Origin: Anaerolineaceae bacterium UBA5838
Lineage (GTDB): Bacteria; Chloroflexota; Anaerolineae; Anaerolineales; Anaerolineaceae
Reading direction: 5' to 3'
NCBI GenBank assembly: GCA_002432795.1
Contig: DJGU01000092.1
Coordinates: 203-51,243 of the forward strand
DNA: 51,041 bases
Each line of letters starts with the position of its first letter. Within the stretch, counting starts at the first letter, position 1. The position numbers and the translations under genes were made by a program. Below the pieces are notes generated by a model. That model had not been told where the DNA came from and made no database searches. It was given only the letters and a program-made list of their open reading frames with translations. Of the stretch, positions 18,124-26,932 are shown piece after piece.

Positions 18124-19089
18124 ATGGACAAAAATCAAAAGGTGGAAAACCTCGAAGAATTTAAAGCCTCCTTTTCCTATGGAAAGAGGTCAGACTTAAA
18201 TTTTAAATTCCTCAAGGATTTGTCATCAGAAGAAGTTGGCTCTTTTTTTTCAGACTTATTCGGAAAAATCGGGGAAACACTAAATGATGGAAATATCAAC
18301 CGCTTAGTGAATCAAGTTATTGAGTGGCAAACAAGTGTCTATTCAAAACCAGGAAGGTATCTTTATGCTGATGTCCCATTTTCTCCATTACAGAAACCCC
18401 TTTCCCAGTCTCGATTGGCATTATTAACTTCCAGCGGTCACTTTGTGGCAGGGGATGACCCAAATCCTCTTGGCGTGGAGAACATGACTCAGACCGAAGC
18501 TGAGTTGAGAATTTCTGAGTTTTTAAGGGCGGTTCCACAGCTTTCGGAAGTCCCAATTGACACACCAGAAGATTCTTTGCGGGTCAGACACGGCGGCTAT
18601 GATATTAGTGGAGCCGTGAAAGATCCCAATGTCAATTTTCCAATAACGCGTTTACGAGAGATGCAGTCTAATGGCATGATCGGAGATCTATTCCCGATTG
18701 CGTTTTCCTTTGTTGGCGCTTGCTCGCAGTTGCAGTTGACAAAGAGATCAGGTCCAGCATGGGTGAAAAAATTCAAGTCCCTGGGTATCGAGGGAATGAT
18801 CCTGGTTCCAGTCTGACCAGTCTGTCATGTGTCCGTGGGACACATTGCGCGTATGCTTGAAGAAAGCGGGATATCCACTGTGGTAGTTTGTTCAGAAATA
18901 TTTCGTGAAAAAATGCTGGCCATGAACTTGCCTCGCATCCTTTTTACCCATACCCCTTTAGGTCGACCTTTAGGTGCTCCAGGGAATAAAGCCACCCAAA
19001 CAGATATTTTAGTATCAGCACTTGAATTGCTTGAATCCGCTCAAAGGGGAGGTAGCGTGGTAGACAGCCTTGCTTCGTATTTCCGGTAA
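18124..19089 (+). CDS. Glycine/sarcosine/betaine/D-proline reductase selenoprotein B (GrdB) family protein; UGA at 18814-18816 read as selenocysteine
   Basis: Track ORFs 18124-18816 and 18829-19089 are in the same frame, separated by TGA plus 4 sense codons. The joined sequence is GIEGMILVPV-U-PVCHVSVGHIARMLEESGISTVVV...PRILFTHTPLGRPLGAPGN. The upstream RVRHGGYD..DPNVNFP fits my recollection of the GRDB family. A hairpin follows the UGA. Confidence 0.75.
18827..18845 (+). promoter_or_regulatory. Candidate bacterial SECIS hairpin for the UGA at 18814
   Basis: ATGTGTCC-GTG-GGACACAT gives an 8-bp stem with a 3-nt loop, or a 7-bp stem with loop CGUGG. It starts after a 10-nt spacer from the UGA, the same spacing as at 16931. 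Confidence 0.55.
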
Positions 19090-19447
19090 GTAGATTAATT
19101 TCGTAGGAATATCGTCAGCTTTCACAGTTAACAATAGACAGTAAAGTAAATAAACCGGGGGTTGACCTTTTTGGCAGCAGTTGTTCCAGGTATTGTATCC
19201 ACGCTAGTTTTCAGGGTGGTTTTGCTTTTAGCCCCCCAGATGGAAATGCTGAAAATAGATATGGGATCCCTTCCAGCAAGTAAGGACAAGAAGGAAGGCA
19301 AGCCATTATTCGGATGGCTGGAACATCTCATGATTGGTATTGTCTTTGCAGACAACCTTTCATTGCAGTGGGGATTTTATGGGGAAAAGGTAAGAAAACA
19401 ACCCGCTTTGCAGTCAATTGACTAATACGAAAACATAAGGAGATGTT

Positions 19448-19963
19448 ATGAACACCTTGCGACATTTTAGAAAAGAAAAAGATGAGTTTTTTGCAGACCA
19501 TCCACAAAGTCCGCTAACGCATGAACAGAAACACAGCTTTGAAGGGTTAAACTACTTTCCTGAAAACCCCGGCTTGAAACTGACGGTTAGGGTTGAGGAA
19601 TTTGCAGAAAAAGAACAGATCACCATGCAAACTTCCACCGGGGATATATTGACCTACCAAAGATATGGCCGTTTCCAATTCAATATAGAAGGGCAGCCAG
19701 CAGAACTCACGATCTATTCAAGTGAAGATGAATACTTTTTACCCTTCGCAGATGCTCTGGCTGGCGAAGAAACCTACGGGGCTGGACGCTATCTGGAGCC
19801 TCATTCGCTCGGAAACGGAATGTTCTTGATTGATTTCAATTATGCGTACAACCCCTACTGTGCCTACAATGCGCGTTGGTCCTGCCCCATTACTCCAGCT
19901 GAAAACCGTTTGAGGGTCCCGATTCGAGCTGGCGAGAAAATATTCGAGACTCACGATTTGTAG
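19448..19963 (+). CDS. DUF1684-family protein
   Basis: GAGRYLE and DFNYAYNPYCAYN..WSCP..P.ENRL are characteristic. AAGGAG Shine-Dalgarno upstream. Confidence 0.75.
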   Translation: MNTLRHFRKEKDEFFADHPQSPLTHEQKHSFEGLNYFPENPGLKLTVRVEEFAEKEQITMQTSTGDILTYQRYGRFQFNIEGQPAELTIYSSEDEYFLPFADALAGEETYGAGRYLEPHSLGNGMFLIDFNYAYNPYCAYNARWSCPITPAENRLRVPIRAGEKIFETHDL

Positions 19964-19988
19964 AATTAGCATATCGTCAATTCACTTT

Positions 19989-20633
19989 TTGATAACGGTA
20001 AATTACGCGATGTTTGATCAAATTCTGCGAATTCCAAAAGAAAAGGTCCTTGAACCTCTGGCTCAAGGACCTTTGAAAAACACCAATCCGACAACAATGA
20101 CTGTAATCGCCTGTGGGGTTAGTGTAGCTGCTGGTGTAACGGCGTGGCAAGGTCAAACCGGTCTGACGCTTGGTCTTTGGTTCCTGAACAGGTTTCTGGA
20201 TGGATTAGATGGAACAATCGCCAGGGTTAATCATAAGCAGAGCGATTTTGGCGGGTATCTGGATATTGTTCTGGATATGGTCGCATATGTTTCCATTCCC
20301 CTGGGAATGGCTCTTGGAATGAATGAAAAGAATGTATTTTTAGCTCTGGCGTTATTATTTGCCGCTTTTTACATCAATAGCGCAGCCTGGATGATGTTGG
20401 CAGCCAATCTTGAAAAACGCGGTCAAGGAGCAACAACAAAAAAGGAATTCACGACAGTGACCATGCCCAGAGCGATTATCGAAGGCGGAGAGACCATTCT
20501 TTTTTACTCATTATTCATCTTATTTCCAGAGCGGTTGACAATTTTGTTTGGCTTATTGGCAGTCCTGGTCTTAGCATCAGCAACTCTCCAAGTGAGCTGG
20601 GCTCACCGTAACATACGAGAAAAAATAGGATAA
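19989..20633 (+). CDS. CDP-alcohol phosphatidyltransferase family membrane protein
   Basis: DGLDGTIARVNHKQSDFGGYLDIVLDMV satisfies D-G-x2-A-R-x8-G-x3-D-x3-D. Several TM segments are present. The track start is TTG 19989; ATG 20010 is the alternative. Confidence 0.75.
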   Translation: MITVNYAMFDQILRIPKEKVLEPLAQGPLKNTNPTTMTVIACGVSVAAGVTAWQGQTGLTLGLWFLNRFLDGLDGTIARVNHKQSDFGGYLDIVLDMVAYVSIPLGMALGMNEKNVFLALALLFAAFYINSAAWMMLAANLEKRGQGATTKKEFTTVTMPRAIIEGGETILFYSLFILFPERLTILFGLLAVLVLASATLQVSWAHRNIREKIG

Positions 20634-20639
20634 TGCCAC

Positions 20640-21347
20640 GTGAAAAAAGAAAACAAATTACCAGAAAATCAATCCTGGATGCACAGGAGTGGGAGGAAAA
20701 TCGCAGCTCTTGTTTTTTGGATGGCGGTTTTAGTTGGCTATCAGGTCTATGTTTATAAGAATGGGCTCACTGCAGTATCAGTAATGAATCAATTGCTGGG
20801 ATTAATGACCGATCGTTTTTGGGGTCCACTTATTTATATTTTGCTATATTCAATCAGACCCCTTATTCTCTTCCCTTCAACCTTTCTTACATTGGCAGGC
20901 GGTTTTCTTTTTGGACCAGTTTTGGGAGTCCTTTATACTATTGTGGCCAGTAACACTTCTGCCACAATTGCATTCCTTGTGGGGAAGTATTTTGGACAGG
21001 GAATTATTAAAGAGGGTTCCTCAAGCAATTTCATCCAAAGATATGCTGAGCGGATGCGCGAAAATAGCTTTGCTACTGTTATCGTGATGAGATTTATCTT
21101 CTTACCATATGATCTGGTGAACTATCTTGCCGGTTTTCTGCGGATCCGTTGGAGACCCTTTATGTTAGCTACTCTTCTTGGATCAATTCCAGGAACTATT
21201 GCCTTTATTTTGGCAGGAGCATCATTTGAACGATTTGAGGGCGGTGTGCCAAAACTCAATCCTGCGACATTAGCAGCTTCGATCATCATCTTTATCGGTA
21301 GTTTACTTCTGTCGCGATTCTTTAAAAAACGTGAGGAAATTGCATAA
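20640..21347 (+). CDS. TVP38/TMEM64 (DedA/SNARE-associated) family membrane protein
   Basis: Polytopic protein with an LILFPSTFLTLAGGFLFG core typical of the family. GTG start. The stop overlaps the next start (TAATG). Confidence 0.7.
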   Translation: MKKENKLPENQSWMHRSGRKIAALVFWMAVLVGYQVYVYKNGLTAVSVMNQLLGLMTDRFWGPLIYILLYSIRPLILFPSTFLTLAGGFLFGPVLGVLYTIVASNTSATIAFLVGKYFGQGIIKEGSSSNFIQRYAERMRENSFATVIVMRFIFLPYDLVNYLAGFLRIRWRPFMLATLLGSIPGTIAFILAGASFERFEGGVPKLNPATLAASIIIFIGSLLLSRFFKKREEIA

Positions 21348-22756
21348 TGAAAAATGAAAATTTCGAGAACATTGTTATTGGTGCTGGTTCAGGCGGGTTG
21401 ACAGTTGCGATTGGATTGGCAATGCAAGGTAAAAAGGTTGCACTGATTGAATCAAATCATGTGGGAGGGGACTGCACCAACGTTGGTTGCATTCCGTCAA
21501 AAACACTTATTCATCTTGCGGCAAATTACCAACCTGGAGATGATATTGGAAAGATACTGGAAAAAGTTACACAAAAAAGAGACGATCTTCGGATCAAAGA
21601 AACAGATGAAGTTGGAAAGATAGACAATCTTCATTTGATATTCGGTCAAGCCCGATTCACCGGTCCTAAAATGATCCGGATCAGCAGTGACGATAAACCA
21701 GCGAGAGAGATAACGGGGAAGAACGTCATCATTGCGACAGGCGCACGCCCACGATTGTTGGACATTCCTGGACTTCCAGTTGATAGAATGCTGACAAATG
21801 AGTCTTTGTTTGACATCACCACCATTCCCGATCACCTTGCCATAATTGGAGCGGGTATCATAGCGATCGAATTGGCGTTTGCTTTTCGCAAGTTAGGCAC
21901 AAAAGTGAGCTTAATCGCCCTGGATCCACGAGCCTTACCCACCTATAGCCCGGATGTCTCGGCAGCAATACAGCCAGAGCTTGATAAGTTAGGTATTGAA
22001 ACACACTACAATGCTACAGGGGACTCTTTTGATGAGAGCACACATACTCTCACAATACGTTCTGCTCAAAATACGTATCCATTAAATGATGTAGATAAAG
22101 TGCTTATAGCAATTGGACGGATTCGAAATATTGACAACTTAGGGCTCGACTCAGCGGGGGTTTTGTGGGGGAAAACCGGGATTATAGTCGACGGCTTTGG
22201 ACGGACGAACGTAAAAGGCGTATACGCAGTAGGTGATGTCACCCCTACATCTGCCTTCACACACTCAGCGAACGCACAAGGACGAAGAGTTGTCCAAAAA
22301 ATTGCTTTTCCGTGGCTGCCATTAAAAAAATCTGAACCATTGGTTCCCACCTCCGTTTTTAGTGATCCAGAAATTGCAACGGTTGGCCTTTCGCAGTCGC
22401 AAATTAACAAGAAATATCACAGCAATCTCATCAAAAGTTTGCGCGTTGATCTAAAATCGCTCGACCGGGGGTACACGGATGATGTTGAAAATGGTTTTAT
22501 CCATGTAGATGTAATTCGTCTGACTGGCAGAATTCTTGGGGCAACCATCGTCGGTCCACGGGCTTCAGAAATGATTTCATTTTTCACCCTGGCCATAAGT
22601 CAAAAGATCAGCCTTTACAAATTGTTCCCCCTGGTCTACCCTTACCCAACCTATTCGAGTGGCATATTGGATATTGCGGATAATTATCTCAAGGAAACAT
22701 TGCAAAACTTGCCGCTAGAACTGTTGAATTTCTTACGCTATCGACTAATGAAGTAA
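21347..22756 (+). CDS. Class I pyridine nucleotide-disulfide oxidoreductase (mercuric-reductase / dihydrolipoamide-dehydrogenase-like, substrate unknown)
   Basis: IGAGSGGLTVAIGLA FAD motif, redox-active GGDCTNVGCIPSK, a second Rossmann IIGAGIIAIELA, and a C-terminal dimerisation domain. Confidence 0.85.
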   Translation: MKNENFENIVIGAGSGGLTVAIGLAMQGKKVALIESNHVGGDCTNVGCIPSKTLIHLAANYQPGDDIGKILEKVTQKRDDLRIKETDEVGKIDNLHLIFGQARFTGPKMIRISSDDKPAREITGKNVIIATGARPRLLDIPGLPVDRMLTNESLFDITTIPDHLAIIGAGIIAIELAFAFRKLGTKVSLIALDPRALPTYSPDVSAAIQPELDKLGIETHYNATGDSFDESTHTLTIRSAQNTYPLNDVDKVLIAIGRIRNIDNLGLDSAGVLWGKTGIIVDGFGRTNVKGVYAVGDVTPTSAFTHSANAQGRRVVQKIAFPWLPLKKSEPLVPTSVFSDPEIATVGLSQSQINKKYHSNLIKSLRVDLKSLDRGYTDDVENGFIHVDVIRLTGRILGATIVGPRASEMISFFTLAISQKISLYKLFPLVYPYPTYSSGILDIADNYLKETLQNLPLELLNFLRYRLMK

Positions 22757-22811
22757 AGTAAGAAAATTCGACGTTCTCTCGTCTATAAGTTAACTAATAT
22801 AATAAAGGAAT

Positions 22812-24080
22812 ATGATTATGAGAAAATTAATAGCACTGCTAATTCTTTCTGTTTTTGCATTGTCTGCCTGTACATCGATCGTGCAAACCCAAATAGTCTC
22901 TTCAGAATCGTTTGATATTAATAATTGGGACAGTATTGTTGCTGCCGCCAATGGTCAAACAGTGAACTGGTATATTTGGGGTGGGTCTGAATCAATCAAT
23001 AGCTTCGTCGATAATTTTTATGGAGAAGCGCTTAAGGACCGCTACAATATCACTTTAAATCGCGTTCCAGTCGCAGACACAGTGGATGCAGTCAATCAAG
23101 TCTTGAGCGAAAAGCAAGCGGGAAAGGATCCTGGCGCTGTTGACCTGATCTGGATCAATGGAGAGAATTTTGCCACATTAAAGCAGGCTGATTTGCTCTA
23201 CAGGGATTGGGCAAACAAACTCCCCAACAGTCAATATGTCAACTGGGATAATCCCGCCATAAACCGGGACTTTGGGACTCCGGTAGATTTTCAAGAAAGC
23301 CCATGGTCTTCTGCGCAGTTCCAATTTATCTATGATTCTGCCAGAATGCAGCCGGAGGAATTACCCCGTTCGTATGCTCAACTAAAAAACTGGGCGATCA
23401 AGAATCCGGGACGGTTTACTTATATTGCTCCTGGTCCGGGCGCGTTCCAGGGAACCCGTTTCGTGAAGGGTGCACTATTTGAGATCAGTGGTGGCGCAGA
23501 CCAATGGGCAACCTTCGACCAAACCACCTGGGATAAATGGTCCCCTGAATTGTGGGCATACTTCAATGAAATTAAACCTTATCTATGGCGCCAGGGCGAG
23601 ACTTATCCAAAAGATGAGAATGAGTTACACAGCCTGTTTGCCAACAAAGAAGTCGATTTTAGTATCACCCAGGCAATTGTTGGAGCAGGCGCGTTGGTAG
23701 AACAGGGATTAGTTCCTCAAACATCAAAGGCATTTGTTTTCGAAGACTACATGATTGGTGACTTCAATTATGTGGGAATTCCATCTAACGCTCCCAATAA
23801 AGCGGCAGCTCTTGTGCTGGCTAATTTGATCCTTGAACCAGAATTCCAGGCTGCACAGATCTTACCTGAAAATGGGTTTGGTTTGGGCTTTGGCATTGAT
23901 ATTAATCAGGTTACAGATACTGCGTCCACGACCCTTTTAGCAGACGCGTCCAAAAAACTGGGCGACGCTGCAACATCACCTTCTGATCTGGCGAAATCAT
24001 TGGTTGGTGATTCAGCCGCACAATATCAAAGCCTGATAGAAGAAGGTTGGCGCCAATATGTACTTCTCAATTCGAAATAA
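22812..24080 (+). CDS. ABC transporter substrate-binding lipoprotein (YnjB-like family, substrate unknown)
   Basis: Lipobox LSVFALSAC. VNWYIWGGSESIN...DLIWINGENF resembles YnjB-type binding proteins, recalled from memory. Confidence 0.7.
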   Translation: MIMRKLIALLILSVFALSACTSIVQTQIVSSESFDINNWDSIVAAANGQTVNWYIWGGSESINSFVDNFYGEALKDRYNITLNRVPVADTVDAVNQVLSEKQAGKDPGAVDLIWINGENFATLKQADLLYRDWANKLPNSQYVNWDNPAINRDFGTPVDFQESPWSSAQFQFIYDSARMQPEELPRSYAQLKNWAIKNPGRFTYIAPGPGAFQGTRFVKGALFEISGGADQWATFDQTTWDKWSPELWAYFNEIKPYLWRQGETYPKDENELHSLFANKEVDFSITQAIVGAGALVEQGLVPQTSKAFVFEDYMIGDFNYVGIPSNAPNKAAALVLANLILEPEFQAAQILPENGFGLGFGIDINQVTDTASTTLLADASKKLGDAATSPSDLAKSLVGDSAAQYQSLIEEGWRQYVLLNSK

Positions 24081-24082
24081 GG

Positions 24083-24961
24083 ATGAATAAGCAGTCGAAT
24101 TTTTCTCCTCCATGGCTTAGTCTGGCCCCAGCAATCGCAATAATTGGATTATTGTTTGGGGTCAGCGTGCTTTATGGTTTGGCGCAAAGCTTCGGAATTC
24201 TCACGGGAACTGAACAAGAAGCACTAAACCTGGACGCGTATCGCAATGTATTTGCCGGTCAAGGACCTGCAGGACGGGAGTTCTGGTCTTCCTTCGGCTT
24301 CTCTCTTTGGATTGCCGGGATATCTACTTTTGTGTCTGCAATAGGCGGGTTCTTCGTTGCCGTTTGGCTCAATGGTCGTCGAGGCAGGGGGAGCCGCGGT
24401 GATACTCTCGCATTAAACTGGAATTTAGCATTCCCTCATTTGGTCTGGGCAATCGGTTTGTTGTTGTTTTTTTCACAAAGCGGTTTGCTCGCGCGCATAT
24501 TAGCATCAATGGGTATTATCCAAACGCCGAGCCAATTCCCTGTTCTGGTTCGTGATCGACTTGGAATAGGTATTATTGTCGATTACATATCAAAGGAAAT
24601 CCCATTTCTGGCGTTAATTGTCTTAGCCGTATTGCGTTCTCAGGCAGAAAACTTTGAGGTTGTAGCTGAGAATTTAGGGGCATCGCGTTGGCAGCGCTTG
24701 AGGTATGTCACCATCCCACAGGTCTTGCCATCCTTATTGTCTGGATCGCTGCTGGTATTTGCTTTTGTTTTTAGTGCCTATGAGGTTCCAGCACTTTTAG
24801 GAGTTAGATATCCAAGAATGCTGCCAGTTCTGGCATTGGAGTTTTTCACAAATCCTGATCTGAACAGCCGCGCAGAAGGAATGGTGATCAGCCTGGCTAT
24901 TACCGTGGTGGTGATGATTATCGCTGCGATCAGTATCAAATTTGAAAAGAAGATTGGCTGA
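24083..24961 (+). CDS. ABC transporter permease
   Basis: Six hydrophobic segments and an EAA-like loop (VAENLGASRWQRLRYVTIP). The start is set at ATG 24083, just after the SBP stop; the track ORF begins at 24047 inside the upstream gene. Confidence 0.8.
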   Translation: MNKQSNFSPPWLSLAPAIAIIGLLFGVSVLYGLAQSFGILTGTEQEALNLDAYRNVFAGQGPAGREFWSSFGFSLWIAGISTFVSAIGGFFVAVWLNGRRGRGSRGDTLALNWNLAFPHLVWAIGLLLFFSQSGLLARILASMGIIQTPSQFPVLVRDRLGIGIIVDYISKEIPFLALIVLAVLRSQAENFEVVAENLGASRWQRLRYVTIPQVLPSLLSGSLLVFAFVFSAYEVPALLGVRYPRMLPVLALEFFTNPDLNSRAEGMVISLAITVVVMIIAAISIKFEKKIG

Positions 24962-24964
24962 CGG

Positions 24965-25759
24965 ATGAAGAAGATTCTCAATGCTGCAATCAGGTTTTTT
25001 TTATATCTGGTGTTGATTGCGCCTCTTCTTCTTTTTGGAGTGTATGCCTTCTCTGAACGTTGGTTTTTTCCCGATGTTCTCCCATCAACTTGGTCAACCG
25101 CACCTTTTTTACGTTTATTTTCTGACCCCAAGACTGTCGGAGGGCTGCTCACAAGCATTGGTATTGCGCTGGTGGTAAGTTTGTTCTCCTTGATTGTTGC
25201 TTTTCCAGCTGCACGAACATTGGGATTACGGAGATTTCCCGGTCGTCAATTTGCCTGGTTATTATTCTTCTTGCCCACAGTGGTCCCTCCTTTAGCTGTC
25301 GGTATGGGAATGAATATTTTATTTCTCAGGCTTGATCTGGCGGGATCTTTTGTTGGAGTTATCCTTTCTCATCTTGTGCCCACATTGCCGTATACAATAT
25401 TTACACTCTCCGGTTTGTTTGCTAATTACGATGAAAATTATGAATACCAAGCCATAGTGCTCGGCGCAAGCAAAAGACGGACGTTCTTCAATGTGACATT
25501 ACGTTTGGTCTTTCCAGGATTGATCGTTGCTGGATTGTTTGCATTCTTAATCTCATGGAGTCAGTACCTATTAACATTATTGATAGGCGGCGGGAAGGTT
25601 CTCACGCTTCCTATGCTTCTTTTCTCAGCGGTATCAGGTGGGAATCCGTCAACCATCGCCGCGTTATCTTTGTTGTTTATCGCTCCTCCTGTCTTGGTTA
25701 TCGCATTAACAGCGCGCCAACTCAACCAACACGGAAACGCGATTAAGGAGCAGTACTAA
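24965..25759 (+). CDS. ABC transporter permease
   Basis: Polytopic, with an EAA-like loop (QAIVLGASKRRTFFNVTLRLV). Tightly packed with its neighbours. Confidence 0.8.
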   Translation: MKKILNAAIRFFLYLVLIAPLLLFGVYAFSERWFFPDVLPSTWSTAPFLRLFSDPKTVGGLLTSIGIALVVSLFSLIVAFPAARTLGLRRFPGRQFAWLLFFLPTVVPPLAVGMGMNILFLRLDLAGSFVGVILSHLVPTLPYTIFTLSGLFANYDENYEYQAIVLGASKRRTFFNVTLRLVFPGLIVAGLFAFLISWSQYLLTLLIGGGKVLTLPMLLFSAVSGGNPSTIAALSLLFIAPPVLVIALTARQLNQHGNAIKEQY

Positions 25760-26799
25760 TGGCAAAAGTTGAATTGCTGAATTTATCTAAAAATTATCCT
25801 GGACGAAAAACGCCGGTACTAGATCAATTTTCCCTGACCGTTGATTCTGGAGAGTTGGTCTCCTTATTAGGTCCCTCAGGAAGCGGTAAATCTACTCTGC
25901 TCAGGTTGATCACAGGGATAGAATACCCGGATTCGGGGGATATTCTCTTTGATGGAAAGAGCATACTATCTATTCCTCCAAATAAGCGTGGAGCTGTTCT
26001 CATGTTCCAGAAAGCCTATTTGTTTCCTTTCCTGAGTGTTGAAGAAAACATCGGATTTGGACTGAAAGTACAAGGGGCAACAAAACAAACTATTCAAATA
26101 GAGGTAGCAAAAATTCTTGACTTGATCGGATTACCCGGAATTGAGAGGCGAAAACCCGCCCATCTTTCAGGTGGTGAGCAACAACGGGTTTCCCTTGCAA
26201 GAGCCTTAATTGTGCGTCCGACCTTGTTATTACTGGATGAACCTTTAAGCAGTCTGGATACTGCCGTGCGTCAGAATTTACAGGAGGCAATCCGGCGAAT
26301 TCAACACGAATTGGGAATTACAGCCATTTTGGTAACTCACGATCTTGGTGAAGCCATGGGAATGTCAGACCGCATGGCATTATTACTTGAGGGTAAAGTG
26401 GCCGCCATCGATGAACCGATGAAGTTGTTTCAAAAACCGCCCAGCAGCCAGGTGGCAAAATTTGTAGGGATAGACACTTTCCTCAAGGGGCGTGTAAACC
26501 ATGGAACCCTTGAAACCCAACATGGCAACCTGACGGTTAGGACAAACGGATTTGTTTCTGATTCGGCAACGTTTGCAATTAGACCTGAGCATATTGAGGT
26601 CGGCAGCGAACTGGCTGAGAACATACTCACTGGAGTGGTAAAGGATTGCATGTATCGGGGTGAATATGTGGAATACCAAATCCAGATCGATACAATGGTT
26701 GTCAGAGCCCGGGTTGCGATGCCTGCAGCAATGATTCCACATGGTGAGGTGATCAAGGTGGCGTTTCCCGCTGAACATCTATTTCCATTAACCGCTTAA
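25759..26799 (+). CDS. ABC transporter ATP-binding protein with a C-terminal TOBE-like domain (PotA/CysA type)
   Basis: Walker A GPSGSGKST, signature LSGGEQQRVSLARAL, Walker B LLLLDEPLSSLD. Confidence 0.9.
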   Translation: MAKVELLNLSKNYPGRKTPVLDQFSLTVDSGELVSLLGPSGSGKSTLLRLITGIEYPDSGDILFDGKSILSIPPNKRGAVLMFQKAYLFPFLSVEENIGFGLKVQGATKQTIQIEVAKILDLIGLPGIERRKPAHLSGGEQQRVSLARALIVRPTLLLLDEPLSSLDTAVRQNLQEAIRRIQHELGITAILVTHDLGEAMGMSDRMALLLEGKVAAIDEPMKLFQKPPSSQVAKFVGIDTFLKGRVNHGTLETQHGNLTVRTNGFVSDSATFAIRPEHIEVGSELAENILTGVVKDCMYRGEYVEYQIQIDTMVVRARVAMPAAMIPHGEVIKVAFPAEHLFPLTA

Positions 26800-26869
26800 G
26801 CTTTACTCCCAATATTTTGTCAATTTGATGCATCCTGATTGTTAGAGATGCAACCATTTGATGTAAAGA

Positions 26870-26896
26870 GAGCAGGTAGCAAAATCCTACCTGCTC
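26870..26896. terminator. 10-bp perfect hairpin between convergent genes (candidate bidirectional terminator; no strong U-tract)
   Basis: GAGCAGGTAG-caaaatc-CTACCTGCTC. Confidence 0.45.
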
Positions 26897-26932
26897 AATA
26901 GTTAAATCGATGACCTATAAAAATAATCCGGA

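Noticed and set aside
16931-18816. Three in-frame TGA codons in consecutive genes could mean a reassigned genetic code (TGA as Trp or Gly) for the whole organism.
   Set aside because: TGA clearly terminates many well-delimited genes in this window at the expected protein ends. Examples are hemW at 184, the GH63 gene at 6905-6907, zwf at 16707-16709 and the deiodinase-like gene itself at 17429-17431. The standard code with local Sec recoding fits better.
19128-19425. Track ORFs 19162-19425 (plus strand) and 19128-19355 (minus strand) as real genes.
   Set aside because: They are mutually overlapping, both have TTG starts, and neither has a Shine-Dalgarno or a recognisable domain. They are left unannotated and flagged as an unexplained gap.
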